A stretch of DNA of 64,000 nucleotides from Spirochaetia bacterium. Lineage in GTDB: Bacteria; Spirochaetota; Spirochaetia; SZUA-6; Bin103. How positions within the stretch are numbered: the first letter of the stretch is position 1; each line of letters opens with the position of its first letter. A program made the translations under genes and the position numbers. Under the pieces are notes generated by a model. The model ran no database searches and was not told the DNA's origin. It saw nothing but the letters and a program-made list of their open reading frames with translations. This document shows, piece by piece, positions 47,594 to 57,777 of this stretch. The DNA lies in assembly GCA_965203905.1 (NCBI GenBank), contig CBDBDQ010000005.1, positions 5,920,001 through 5,984,000 on the forward strand, written 5' to 3'.

Positions 47594-48432
47594 CGGTCGA
47601 ACCTCGCAAGGGTACGCAGATATGCGGCCGATCGGGCCGCTGCTTCGCTGGCGCCGCGCAGTCCCGCGAACGCCTGATGGATGGTGACGTAGCCGGCGTA
47701 AGAGATCTCCTCGAGGGTCTCGAAGATCGCAGGGAAGTCGAGCCCGCGGGGATCCCACATCGGCACGTGGTGGAAGGTGAACGGCCCACGCGCCCAGGTG
47801 TCGGCCGTTTCCGGGCCGTCCGCGGCGGCGCGCTGGTTCTGCAGGTAGACATTGAACAGGTGGGGCGCAAGCCGGCGGATCGTGGCGGCGCCGTACTGCT
47901 CGCGGCAGGTCTCCAGGTTGGCCGGCTCATAGATGATGCCGAAGTTGCGGCGCCCGACCCGGCGCACCACCTCCAGCGCCAAGTCCACCTGCTCGAACAG
48001 GCTGCGGGTGTGGCACTGGTGGGCCAGCCGCATGCCTCGCTCGGCGGCCTCGTCGGCGGCGCGTTGCGCGTGCGGGATGTCGAGCGCGCTCTTCATCGAG
48101 ATGCGCAGCAGGTCGGCATCCAGCGCCGCAGCCAGGTCCAGGTAGGGGGTGATGTTGCGCAGCGCGGCGGGGGACTGGTCGCTGTTCTGGGGGATCGGGA
48201 AATCCCCGGTCACCATGGAGACCGCCAGCCCCCGGCCCCGGATCTGCTCCGCGGCCGCCCGCACCTCGTCCGGCGGAGTGTGTATCCCGACCTGGGAGGC
48301 GCGCATGCACAGTGCCGCGTAGCCGTGCTCCACGGCCAGGTCCGCCAGCCCCTCCAGCGCCATGGTGGCCCTGGTCTTGTCGCTGAAGGACTCGGCTACC
48401 CGTACTGAAAGCGACAGTTTCATCGGCATCAC
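47590..48432 (-). CDS. Sugar-phosphate isomerase/epimerase (xylose-isomerase-like TIM barrel)
   Basis: HGY, AAALDAD..R, HQCH, NFGIIYEPAN, YAGYVT.H. Confidence 0.8.
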   Translation of the reverse strand: MMPMKLSLSVRVAESFSDKTRATMALEGLADLAVEHGYAALCMRASQVGIHTPPDEVRAAAEQIRGRGLAVSMVTGDFPIPQNSDQSPAALRNITPYLDLAAALDADLLRISMKSALDIPHAQRAADEAAERGMRLAHQCHTRSLFEQVDLALEVVRRVGRRNFGIIYEPANLETCREQYGAATIRRLAPHLFNVYLQNQRAAADGPETADTWARGPFTFHHVPMWDPRGLDFPAIFETLEEISYAGYVTIHQAFAGLRGASEAAARSAAYLRTLARFDR

Positions 48433-48443
48433 GGTACCCCGAC

Positions 48444-49589
48444 TCAGATGCTCAGGTTGCGCAGGTGGTAGTTCCTGACGATGGTCGCGCGCGCCGTCTC
48501 GTTCCAGCGGTTGGCCGCCCCCTCACCTTCCAGCGGCCGGTAGCGGTAGGGCTCCTCGTCGGGGAACCGCTGCCGGCGCGCGTCGATCGCCACCGCGATC
48601 ATGCGCGAGCGCTGGCGGATGTACTCCGCGTCGTACTCCACGTACTCCCCTTGCCGCTCGCGACGCACCCCGAGCACCGAGGAGCGGCGGTGAAACCCGA
48701 AGTTGAGCGTCACCCGCAGGTCCGGCGAGGTGTTGGCGAACGAAGCGTGCAGCGTCTGCCGATTGCACATCACCACGTCGCCGGCGGCCGCGATCAGCGG
48801 CACCGCCCCTGGCAGGCGCACGTCGCCGCCGTTGGCGGCCACCCGGGCCCGGATGTCGATCTTGCCTTCGCGGTGGGAGCCGGGGATCACCCACAGCCCG
48901 TTGCGCGGCGTGCTGCCGTAGAGCTGGGCCAGGAAGTTGAAGCCGTGGGTATCCTGGTCGAGGTCGGGGCTGTCCCAGTGCGTGGTTCCGTCCTGGTGCC
49001 AGGCGATGGAGGCTCCCAGCCCGGGCTGCTTGACGAAGATCGACTCCGAGAACGGGGTGAAGTCCTCCCCGTTGATCTGCTCGGCCACGCGCAGCAGCCG
49101 CGGGTGCCCGTACAACCGCAGAAACGAATCGCCGAGCTGCAACTGCGAGGCGATGTTGTACACCACGTACGCCGGGGCGCCGGCAGCCGGCTCCGGCTCC
49201 TCCATCTTCACCTCGTGGCGTCCGCTGTTGCGTGAGGTGCCGCCGAACGGATCGCTCAGCGGCCGCGTCAGCGCGAACATCGGCCCCACCAGGTCGGCGC
49301 CCGCGGCGGGCCGCCCGCGCGCATCCGTCTGCGCGTCCGGCGCCACCGGCGCGCGCTCCAGCAGCCGCTCCACGTCGGCGCGCAGCTCGGCGAGCTCCTC
49401 GGCGCCGATCACTCCTTCGAGGATGTAGAACCCACAGCTCCGATAGGCGTTGATGATCTCCTCGTGCACGCTGCCGTCGGCGTCGAACCGCAGCGGGCCG
49501 CGGTTGCCCAGCCCGTGCGCGCGGCGCTCTCCCGCGGCCAGGTAGTCCGTCTCCGAGGGACGGCCGGAACCATCTTCGCGCGTCATCAT
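48444..49589 (-). CDS. PhyH-family Fe/2OG dioxygenase
   Basis: GFYILEGV, FVKQPG, WHQDG, NGLWVIPGSH, AGDV...LHASFANTS..R. Confidence 0.9.
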   Translation of the reverse strand: MMTREDGSGRPSETDYLAAGERRAHGLGNRGPLRFDADGSVHEEIINAYRSCGFYILEGVIGAEELAELRADVERLLERAPVAPDAQTDARGRPAAGADLVGPMFALTRPLSDPFGGTSRNSGRHEVKMEEPEPAAGAPAYVVYNIASQLQLGDSFLRLYGHPRLLRVAEQINGEDFTPFSESIFVKQPGLGASIAWHQDGTTHWDSPDLDQDTHGFNFLAQLYGSTPRNGLWVIPGSHREGKIDIRARVAANGGDVRLPGAVPLIAAAGDVVMCNRQTLHASFANTSPDLRVTLNFGFHRRSSVLGVRRERQGEYVEYDAEYIRQRSRMIAVAIDARRQRFPDEEPYRYRPLEGEGAANRWNETARATIVRNYHLRNLSI

Positions 49590-49619
49590 CGGAAGCCTGC
49601 GATAGTGTTCACTCGCGGG

Positions 49620-51731
49620 TCAATCGGCTGACCGGCGGCGATACTCGATCGCCACGACCTCATCGGGCACGAATCGACGCCAGGAGCGCGCGTAGCGGGG
49701 CACCATCGGGTCAGCCCCGGGACCGGTGAGCTCGAACAACAGCCGGCAGAAATCGCCACGGGTGATACGCTCGGGAATCTCGATGGCGGAAACCGGCAAT
49801 TCCACGAGCATGTCCTCGTCCAGTTCCTGCCGCAAGTTCTCGACCATCGTTTCGGTCCCCGCGTATTTCGCAATGTGCCTCTCGCGGATGGTTTCCAGCG
49901 CTTCCCCCAGGAGTCGCCGCAGGTCGTCGGACTCGATGGGACCATCGTCGCCGGCCGTCAGCGCGTGCAGTTCACGCACCGTCTGCATCGGGTCGTAGTC
50001 TCCAGCCTGCACCCGCAGGGCGGCTTGCAGCCAGATCGCCGCGGTGCGGCGGCCCAGGGGATCCCGCGGGCGGGCGTCGTAGCCGGCGAAGAACCCCTGC
50101 GTGCCGAAATACTGCACCGCCGCGACCCAGGCCTCGCGGCTGGCGACCTCGACGTCGTTGCAGAAGCTCACCATCACCCCCGACTCCGCCAGGGTGCATA
50201 CCAGGTGCTGGCGGTCCACGTCCGCCGGCGCCGTTCCCGCGCGCCGCGCCAGGACCAGGGCCCAGCCGGCAGCCTCGCCGATGTTCATCCAGGTCGGTTC
50301 CAGCCGGATGGTGTTCCAGCCGATGTGGGTGGAGGAAACGCAGTTCACCACCAACAGGTTGTCCAGCTCCCGCGGCAGCAGCGCTTCGTACGGCACCATG
50401 CCGGGGAAGGTATCCATGTGCAGGGTCACCTTGCCCTCGTGACGGCTGTCGCCGTGGCGCTCGAACGAGCACGCGTGGGAGTCGATGTACCACTCGGTGG
50501 CCGCGATCGAGGTGGCGTGCACCGGTGCCCGCTCCAGGCCCGGGACCAGGAACGCGTCGTGGCCGGTGAAGCGGTAACGGCCGTCCAGGCGCCGGGTCTC
50601 GCGCGCGTAGATCTCGTAGGGCCGATGATCGTTGTCGGCGAACTCGTCCGCCGCCAGGCCCCACGACTGCCAGCGCCTGCGGGTCTCCTCCGCTACCGAC
50701 GGATCGGTGCGCAGGAAGTAGAGGCAGCCCTGCAGAGCCTCCCAGTGGGCCTCGATGATGCGCTCCCGCTGCGCCCAGTCCGCCTCCGGATACGCGGTCT
50801 GCTCCCCCACGAGCTGCGGCCGGTTGACGCGCAGCTTGCGGTTCGGCATGGCCGTCTCCATGATCGAGGGGTGCTCCAGAGCGGCGATCCGGTCGCGGTC
50901 GTAATCCGCGGGCCGCTCCACGGGAAGCTGGTTCTCCGGATCGTCGGTGATCATCATGCGCAGGTTGTAGCCCTGGACCAGGTCGTCTCCGGCGCCGGTG
51001 TCAGGCGCATCAAGCACCTCGAAGTAACCGGGAAAGCGGCGCAACCGCAGCCGGTCGTGCAGCTCTCCGGCACGCGCCGCCTCCGGGGTGGGCGGTTGCG
51101 CCGCCGGGCGCACGAAGATGCGCCCGGCGTAGGGCTCCCCGTGCTCCTCCTGCGACTCGCGCCCGGTCCGATAGGCGCAGCCGGCGAGGGCCATCAGGTC
51201 GCCCTCGTAGCTGGCGTCGACGAACGCGTCAGCCCGCACCGTCACCTGCTCGTCACCGGCGCCGCCGCGGGCCGCATCCGCATACGGGCGAAAGGTGACG
51301 CTGGAGATCCTGCGTCCCTCCCGCTGCACCGTGGCCGGCGCCATGCGCCGCAGCACCCGGATGCGCGCCTCGCGGGCCACCAGCCCCTCGAGCACCTCCC
51401 GCGCCACGCTGGCCTCGAAGTTGCCATTGGAGTGCCCGCGCGGGCCGGGCAACGCCGCGTGGTACTGGGCCGAGTGATGTCCGTAGCGCTCGCGGTAGTA
51501 GTCGAACAGCGCCTGGCGCAGTTCGTCGTAGATCGGCGCCCGGCTGCCCTCCCACTGCGTGTCCCACACGCACAGCCCCGACGTGAGCATCCCGCCCAGG
51601 TGCGGCGTATGGGTAACCACCACCACTTCCATCCCCTCGCGCGCCGCGCGAATGGCGCAGGCCAGCCCCGCGGGGGCGCCCGAGTACACGCACAGGTCGG
51701 TGCTCACCTGCCCCGCCAACTTCACCGCCAT
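49620..51731 (-). CDS. FAD-dependent oxidoreductase (FAD_oxidored / xanthan-lyase-associated type)
   Basis: YSGAPAG..CAI.AAR, LGGM.TSGL, DASYEGDLMALAG, GRES, YARETRRL, DSH, VPY..LLP, SSTH, RLEP.WM..GEAAG. Confidence 0.88.
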   Translation of the reverse strand: MAVKLAGQVSTDLCVYSGAPAGLACAIRAAREGMEVVVVTHTPHLGGMLTSGLCVWDTQWEGSRAPIYDELRQALFDYYRERYGHHSAQYHAALPGPRGHSNGNFEASVAREVLEGLVAREARIRVLRRMAPATVQREGRRISSVTFRPYADAARGGAGDEQVTVRADAFVDASYEGDLMALAGCAYRTGRESQEEHGEPYAGRIFVRPAAQPPTPEAARAGELHDRLRLRRFPGYFEVLDAPDTGAGDDLVQGYNLRMMITDDPENQLPVERPADYDRDRIAALEHPSIMETAMPNRKLRVNRPQLVGEQTAYPEADWAQRERIIEAHWEALQGCLYFLRTDPSVAEETRRRWQSWGLAADEFADNDHRPYEIYARETRRLDGRYRFTGHDAFLVPGLERAPVHATSIAATEWYIDSHACSFERHGDSRHEGKVTLHMDTFPGMVPYEALLPRELDNLLVVNCVSSTHIGWNTIRLEPTWMNIGEAAGWALVLARRAGTAPADVDRQHLVCTLAESGVMVSFCNDVEVASREAWVAAVQYFGTQGFFAGYDARPRDPLGRRTAAIWLQAALRVQAGDYDPMQTVRELHALTAGDDGPIESDDLRRLLGEALETIRERHIAKYAGTETMVENLRQELDEDMLVELPVSAIEIPERITRGDFCRLLFELTGPGADPMVPRYARSWRRFVPDEVVAIEYRRRSAD

Positions 51732-51983
51732 GGATCGCAATGATGCACGCCCTCGGTACCGCTGCAACCCGCCGCGCCGCGGGTGCCGCGGGTTCGCGGA
51801 ATCTCAACGACCGGCGGCAGCTTCGGCAGCTCCCCTGCGTCTGAAGCGTTGTGCGCCGCGTGCGACCTGGGGTCACCGGTTGCCGGTCGCCGCGGGTTGA
51901 AGCGCCAGCGACCGCGGCCCGTTGTATCCTGACATGAACGACACGAGGAATCGTGATGTACAGCTCGCCGCCGAGAGGGTAGG

Positions 51984-52583
51984 ATGGCGGGCGTGACGGT
52001 AGCGTTCGACACCCTCAAGGCGGCGACCCGGTTGCAGGAAGAAGCGGGCTTCGACCAAACCAAGGCACGGGTGCTGGTGTCGACCTTTGCCGAGGGACTG
52101 GTCGAGAACCTCGCCACCAAGGACGACATCGCAGGCCTTCGTCATGAGTTCACGACCCTTCGTCGTGAGATCACGACCCTTGCCACCAAGGAAGATCTCG
52201 CAACCCTGCGCGGCGAGATGAAGCAGATGCATTCCGGTCTGCATGGCGAGATTACCGATTCGCGCGGCGAGATGAAACAGAGGTATACCGATCTGGATGC
52301 CAAGATGCATCAGATCGATGCCAACCTGCGCGGCGAGATGAAGCAGATGCATTCCGATCTGCATGGCGAGATTACCGATCTGCGCGGCGAGATGAAACAG
52401 AGGTATACCGATCTGGATGCCAAGATGCATCAGATCGATGCCAACCTGCGCGGCGAGATGAAGCAGGCGGATGCCAACCTGAGCAGCAAGATCAGCAAGG
52501 TCCAGGAGCGGCTGACGGTGCGCCTGGGAGGGGCTGTCGCTGCTGCGGTGGCGATACTGGTGGCCGTAGACAAGCTGTTGTAG
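51984..52583 (+). CDS. DUF1640/CCDC90-family membrane-anchored coiled-coil protein (start may be GTG 51993)
   Basis: Head FDTLKAATRL.EAGF...A, neck motifs LATKDDI and LATKEDL, repeat stalk, C-terminal TM. Confidence 0.88.
   Translation: MAGVTVAFDTLKAATRLQEEAGFDQTKARVLVSTFAEGLVENLATKDDIAGLRHEFTTLRREITTLATKEDLATLRGEMKQMHSGLHGEITDSRGEMKQRYTDLDAKMHQIDANLRGEMKQMHSDLHGEITDLRGEMKQRYTDLDAKMHQIDANLRGEMKQADANLSSKISKVQERLTVRLGGAVAAAVAILVAVDKLL
52205..52466 (+). repeat. 120-bp intragenic tandem repeat (two full copies plus a partial)
   Basis: Lines 52201 and 52321 are near-identical at a 120-bp offset; unit LRGEMKQMHS(G/D)LHGEITD(S/L)RGEMKQRYTDLDAKMHQIDAN. Confidence 0.95.
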
Positions 52584-52646
52584 GCCCGCGTATTTGCATC
52601 GGCACTGCTCGCGACAAGCAGACCACGGCGCGGTAGTATCGGCGGG

Positions 52647-53591
52647 ATGACAGAGTCATTGACCGTGCGGCCCCTGCCGGACGCGCCGTTCGGATCCGAG
52701 ATAACGGGCGCCGACCCCGGCAACTTTGCGGCACGCGAGCGGGAGTTGATCCGGGATGCGCACCGCGAGGGTCACGGACTGCTCTGCTTCTCGTTCGAGC
52801 GGTTGCTCGAAGCGGAGGAGCTGCATGCCCTCACCGCCGTGTTCGGCGAGAACGAATTCGCCCCGGGGAAGATCGACGGGATCGGCCGCGGCACCAGGTC
52901 CGGGCAGCCGCGGCGTACCGTCGAGGAGCAGGTGGCCGAGTTGCGCGCGCGCGGCGACGATCCCTACATGGCCTACATCGGCAACCTGGATCCTGCCACG
53001 CTGGAGGCGAAGCCGGTGGACGGAAAGTTCTACGGCGAGTGGGAGTGGCACACCGACATGTCCTACCTGGCGGTGCCTCCCACCTTCAGCCTGCTGCACG
53101 CCCGCGAGGTTCCCGAGGAGGGCGGCGACACCGGCTTCTGCAGCCAGGTGATGGCGGCGCGGCAGCTTCCGCCTGCGCTCCGGCAACGCGTGCTGGGCCG
53201 GGAGATCAAGCACGACTCCACGTACGGCAGCAGCGGCATCCTCAGGCCCGGCATGACGGTTCCCGCCTCACCCATCGAGGCCGAGGGGCACCCACATCCG
53301 ATAATCCGCCGGATACCGGGCACCGCGCAGGAGGCCCTGTTCCTCGGCCGTCGCACCAACGGCTACGTGCTCGGCATGCCGCTGGCGGAGAGCGAGCGGC
53401 TGCTCGACGAATTGTGGCGCCACGCTACGCAACCGCAATTCTGCTATCGGCACAAGTGGCGGGCGGGACAGGTGGTGGTTTGGGACAACCGGATGCTGCT
53501 GCACATGCGCTACCCGCTGGCCGGCGATGCCGTCCGCTTCATGTGGCGCACCCAGACCCGCGGCGAGGCGGTACTGCCCGCGGCAGGATAA
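52647..53591 (+). CDS. TauD/TfdA family Fe/2OG dioxygenase
   Basis: WHTDMSY, GGDTGF, HPII, HKW..G.VVVWDNR..LH.R. Confidence 0.92.
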   Translation: MTESLTVRPLPDAPFGSEITGADPGNFAARERELIRDAHREGHGLLCFSFERLLEAEELHALTAVFGENEFAPGKIDGIGRGTRSGQPRRTVEEQVAELRARGDDPYMAYIGNLDPATLEAKPVDGKFYGEWEWHTDMSYLAVPPTFSLLHAREVPEEGGDTGFCSQVMAARQLPPALRQRVLGREIKHDSTYGSSGILRPGMTVPASPIEAEGHPHPIIRRIPGTAQEALFLGRRTNGYVLGMPLAESERLLDELWRHATQPQFCYRHKWRAGQVVVWDNRMLLHMRYPLAGDAVRFMWRTQTRGEAVLPAAG

Positions 53592-53662
53592 CCCGGCGCA
53601 ACCCAGCCGTTACGCTGCGGCCCGCATCGGGCGGCAACTCGGCGGCGCAGAAGAGCTTGCAC

Positions 53663-55363
53663 TCAGCGGCGATGGAGCGCTATCCCCCAGGGATCCTCCA
53701 GTCCGCTGCCCACCACGTCCTCGACCTCGGAGCCGTCGAGGTTGGCGCGCTGGATCTTGTCCGTGCCCCAGTCGGTCCAGTACAGCTTGCCGCCAGCGGC
53801 ATCGAGCGCGATCGCCTGGGGATTCACCAGGCCCGCGGTCACCAGGTCCTCGACCGTGCTGCCGTCCAGCGCCGCCCGCTGGATCTTGTCGGTACGGCGA
53901 TCGGTCCAGTAGATCGCGCCGTCTCCGACCGCGATTCCCTGTGGATTGACCAGGCCGGCGTCCGCGGTCACCAGATCCTGCACGTCGCTGCCGTCCAGGG
54001 CGGCACGTTGAATCTTGGACGTTCCCTGGTCCGTCCAATACAGTCTCTGCCCGACACTGTCCACGGCGATGCCCTGAGGACTCACCAGCCCGTCCTCCCC
54101 GGTCAGCAGGTCTTCCACGCCGCTGCCGTCCAGGTTGGCGCGCTGAATCTTCGCCGTATGCGGATCGGTCCAATACAGCTTGCCGGCGGCCAGGTCCAGG
54201 GCGATCCCGAAGGCTCCGTACACATCGTCGAGCGCAAGCACCTCGCCGCCGGTGCCATCGAGGTTGAAGCGGCGGATCTCGTCGGGCTTGGCTTCCGATG
54301 CGTACACGTCGGTGGCGTAGATCTTGCCGCCGCTCGCATCCAGGGCGATATCGCGCGGATCGGAGATCCCCATGCTCACCAGGGACTCCACCTCGGAACC
54401 GTCCAGGTTGGCGCGCTGGATACCCTTGTCTACATCGGTCCAGTACAGCTTGCCGCCAGCGGTATCCAGGGCGACCTCGTAGGGAGCTCCCGGCCCGTCC
54501 GTGACGTCCTCGGTCTCCGAGCCGTCGAGATTGGCGCGCTGGACTCTGCCGAGTACGCGCTCGGTCCAGTACATCTTGCCGGCGGCGACATCCAGCGCCA
54601 AGCCGTCGCGCCGGGACTCCGCCAGCCCCGAGGTCTCGGGTGTTACCAGATCCTCGACCCCACTGCCATCCAGGTTGGCACGCTGAATCTTGTCCGAGGT
54701 GCGGTCGGTCCAGTACATCTTTCCGGCCGCGACGTCGAGCGCCAGGCCGCGCGGGCTCTGCAAACCCGCGATCACCAGGTCTTCGACCTGCGTGCCATCG
54801 AGATCGGAGCGCTGAATCTTCTCGGTGCCGGCGTCGGTCCAGTAGATCTTGCCGCCGGCAACGTCCAGGGCGATTCCATAGGGATTGTCGAGGGAAGTGA
54901 CCACCAGGTCTTCGACCTCGGAACCGTCGAGGTTGGCGCGCCGGATCTGGTTCGCGCCGTAGTCGGTCCAGTACAGCTTGCCGCCGCTGCCATCCACTGC
55001 CAGGCCGTTCGCGCGGGCGGTACGTACGAGGGTCTCGACTCCGCTGCCGTCGAGGTTGGCGCGCTGAATCCCCACGTCCCAGTCGGTCCAGTAGACCTTG
55101 CCGCCGGCCACCGCCAGTGCAATGCCGTACGGTTCGATCAACCCGTGCGGGAGCAGATTCTCGACCTGCGTGCCGTCCAGCCGCGCGCGCTGGATGGTGT
55201 TGCTCCCGGCGTCGGTCCAATAGATATGCCCCAAAGCAGGTCCCGGGTCCGGAGGCGTGGGCACCGAGGTCATGTCGCTGCAGCCGGCGGCCAGCAGTCC
55301 CAGCACGAGGAGAATGCCGAGGGACGATCCGTAGCGGCCAACGTTCGCGAACAACTTGTCCAT
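53663..55363 (-). CDS. Lipoprotein with 12 YWTD (LDL-receptor class B) repeats
   Basis: Lipobox LLAAGC; 12 (I/L/M/V)Y(W/A)T(D/E)...IQRANLDGS.VE repeats. Confidence 0.92.
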   Translation of the reverse strand: MDKLFANVGRYGSSLGILLVLGLLAAGCSDMTSVPTPPDPGPALGHIYWTDAGSNTIQRARLDGTQVENLLPHGLIEPYGIALAVAGGKVYWTDWDVGIQRANLDGSGVETLVRTARANGLAVDGSGGKLYWTDYGANQIRRANLDGSEVEDLVVTSLDNPYGIALDVAGGKIYWTDAGTEKIQRSDLDGTQVEDLVIAGLQSPRGLALDVAAGKMYWTDRTSDKIQRANLDGSGVEDLVTPETSGLAESRRDGLALDVAAGKMYWTERVLGRVQRANLDGSETEDVTDGPGAPYEVALDTAGGKLYWTDVDKGIQRANLDGSEVESLVSMGISDPRDIALDASGGKIYATDVYASEAKPDEIRRFNLDGTGGEVLALDDVYGAFGIALDLAAGKLYWTDPHTAKIQRANLDGSGVEDLLTGEDGLVSPQGIAVDSVGQRLYWTDQGTSKIQRAALDGSDVQDLVTADAGLVNPQGIAVGDGAIYWTDRRTDKIQRAALDGSTVEDLVTAGLVNPQAIALDAAGGKLYWTDWGTDKIQRANLDGSEVEDVVGSGLEDPWGIALHRR

Positions 55364-55528
55364 AACCGTAGCATCGGCACCTGTTAGCGGCTTCGCGAGC
55401 CGTGCAGAATACGCCCCCGGCAGCCCCCGGCTTACGCTGCTGGCGAGACATTGCCCTGGTTGGCATGATGGTGCCGCGACGCCGGCGCGACCTGTTCGCG
55501 CCGGGTGTCCACTGAGAGGTATCCCCCC

Positions 55529-56965
55529 ATGTACGACGAGTTGCACCGCCCGCAGTTCCACTTCAGCCCGCGCCACTCGTGGATGAACGATCCCAATGGG
55601 CTGGTCTTCTACCGCGGCGAGTACCACCTGTTCTTTCAGCACACGCCGGGATTCATGAACCACGCGGCCAACTCCTGGGGGCACGCGGTAAGCACCGACC
55701 TGGTGCACTGGCGGGAACTCGATACCGCCATCGCCCCGGACGAGTACGGCTACATCTGGTCCGGCTCCGGGGTCGTCGATGCCGACGACAGCGCCGGGTT
55801 GGCCGAGGGCGATGAACACGCACTGGTGGCGATCTACACCACCGGAGGCTTCGGCGCGCCGCGGCCCAACCAGCCGGACGCCAATCCGTGCGTGCAGGCG
55901 ATCGCCTACAGCACCGACCGCGGGCGCAGTTTCCGGCGCTTCGCCGGCAACCCCGTGCTCGGCCACCTGCGGGCCAACAACCGCGACCCCAAGGTGATCC
56001 GGCACGCGCCCACCGGCCAGTGGATCATGGCGCTGTTCCTGGACGGCAACGACTTCGTCCTGTACGGCTCACCCGACCTGAAGCAGTGGCGCCACCTGTG
56101 CGAGCTGGAGGTAGCGGATACCGGCGAGTGCCCCGACCTGTTCGAGCTGCCGGTCGACGGCGACCCGGACGACACCCGCTGGGTGTTCTGGGGCGCCGCC
56201 GGCGTCTACCGCCTGGGCCGCTTCGACGGGACGACCTTCACTCCCGAGACCCCGGCGCTGCGCTGCGAGCTGGGCCGCAACGGCTACGCCGCCCAGACCT
56301 GGAGCGACGTGCCGCCCGAGGATGGCCGCCGCATCCAGATCTCCTGGATGCGCGACGGGCATTTTCCGGCCATGCCGTTCAACGGCCAGATGTCGTTTCC
56401 GGTCGAGCTGACTCTGTGCTCCACGCCGCTCGGCGTGCGGCTGTGCCGGCGGCCGGTAAAGGAACTGGAACTGCTGCACCGGCGCACGCTGCGCTGGGAG
56501 GAGCACCGCCTCAGGCCCGGCCTGAACCGCCACGACCTGTACCACGTCCACGGCCCGGGCTGGCAGAGCCGGCTCGCCGCCGAGTACCGCAACCTGGCGC
56601 CCGACACCACCTGGGACCTGTTTCACATCGAAGCGGTGATCGATCCCGATGCCGCAGCCGCGTTCGGGATCATCATCCGCGGCCACGACCTGCGCTACGA
56701 CGTCGCCGGGGGCAGTTTCACCTGGCTCGGCCAGACCATACCGGCGTCCCGCGACGGTGACGGGTACCTGCGGCTGCAACTCCTGGTGGACCGCACCTCG
56801 CTGGAGCTGTTCGCCGCCGGCGGCCTGGTGTCGGCATCGTTCTGCTTCCTGCCGGCCGCGTGCGACATGCCGCTGGAGCTGTACGCGGTGGGAGGGAGCG
56901 TGCGCCTGGTCTCGCTGGCGGTTCACGAGCTGAACTCCGCCTGGAACCGGGCGGTCAGGTCATGA
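55529..56965 (+). CDS. Glycoside hydrolase family 32 (beta-fructosidase/levanase-like)
   Basis: WMNDPNG, WGHA.STDLVHW, WSGS, RDPKV, ECPDLF, YAAQTW. Confidence 0.95.
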   Translation: MYDELHRPQFHFSPRHSWMNDPNGLVFYRGEYHLFFQHTPGFMNHAANSWGHAVSTDLVHWRELDTAIAPDEYGYIWSGSGVVDADDSAGLAEGDEHALVAIYTTGGFGAPRPNQPDANPCVQAIAYSTDRGRSFRRFAGNPVLGHLRANNRDPKVIRHAPTGQWIMALFLDGNDFVLYGSPDLKQWRHLCELEVADTGECPDLFELPVDGDPDDTRWVFWGAAGVYRLGRFDGTTFTPETPALRCELGRNGYAAQTWSDVPPEDGRRIQISWMRDGHFPAMPFNGQMSFPVELTLCSTPLGVRLCRRPVKELELLHRRTLRWEEHRLRPGLNRHDLYHVHGPGWQSRLAAEYRNLAPDTTWDLFHIEAVIDPDAAAAFGIIIRGHDLRYDVAGGSFTWLGQTIPASRDGDGYLRLQLLVDRTSLELFAAGGLVSASFCFLPAACDMPLELYAVGGSVRLVSLAVHELNSAWNRAVRS

Positions 56966-57746
56966 TGGCGCCGGCGGTGACGTTGAGCGCCTGGCCGGTC
57001 ATGGCCGAGGAATCGTCGCAGGCCAGGAACAGGGTGACCTGAGCGCACTCCTCAATGGTGGCGAAGCGTCCCATGGGCGACTCCGCCTCCCACTCGTGTT
57101 GCACCTCCGCACTGGTGATGCCACGCGCCGCGGCCATCTCCTCCATGGAACCGAGCAAGCGCTCGGTCAACACCGGCCCGGGACACACCGCGTTCACCCT
57201 GACCCCGCTACCGGCCAGCTCCAGGGCAAGGGTCTGAGTCAGACCGTGCAGCGCCCACTTGGCGCAGACGTAGGGAGCACGGTTGCGGAAGCCGCGCCGC
57301 CCCACGTTGGAGGAGATGTTGACGATGGTGCCGCCGCCCCGCTTGAGGTGGGGAATCGCCTCCCGGCAGCACAGCATCGCGCCGGTGAGGTTGACGGCAA
57401 GTGCGTGGTTCCAGCGCCCCAGGTCGAGATCCTCCACCGCGCCCACCTGGCCCACTATGCTGGCGTTGTTCACCAGCACGTCCAGACCGCCCAGCGCGGC
57501 GGCGGCGCCGGCTACCATGCGCCGCACGTCGGCCTCCACGCCGATGTCACCCGGCAGCACGCAGCAGCGGCCGCCTGCTGCTTCGATTACGGCGCACACG
57601 GCTGCCAAGGGCGCTCCGCGGCGGCCGCACAGCGCCAGCGCCGCCCCTTCGCGGGCGAAACGCAGGGCGATGCCGCGGCCGATGCCGCTACCGCCGCCGG
57701 TTATCAAGGCCGCCTTGCCGGCCAGCTTGCCATTGGTCTGCGCCAT
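56955..57746 (-). CDS. Short-chain dehydrogenase/reductase
   Basis: TGGGSGIG, VNNA, S...YVCAK, VRVNAVCPG. Confidence 0.93.
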   Translation of the reverse strand: MAQTNGKLAGKAALITGGGSGIGRGIALRFAREGAALALCGRRGAPLAAVCAVIEAAGGRCCVLPGDIGVEADVRRMVAGAAAALGGLDVLVNNASIVGQVGAVEDLDLGRWNHALAVNLTGAMLCCREAIPHLKRGGGTIVNISSNVGRRGFRNRAPYVCAKWALHGLTQTLALELAGSGVRVNAVCPGPVLTERLLGSMEEMAAARGITSAEVQHEWEAESPMGRFATIEECAQVTLFLACDDSSAMTGQALNVTAGAIMT

Positions 57747-57777
57747 TTTCCTCCTTCGCCACCGCTCGCGCGGTGAA

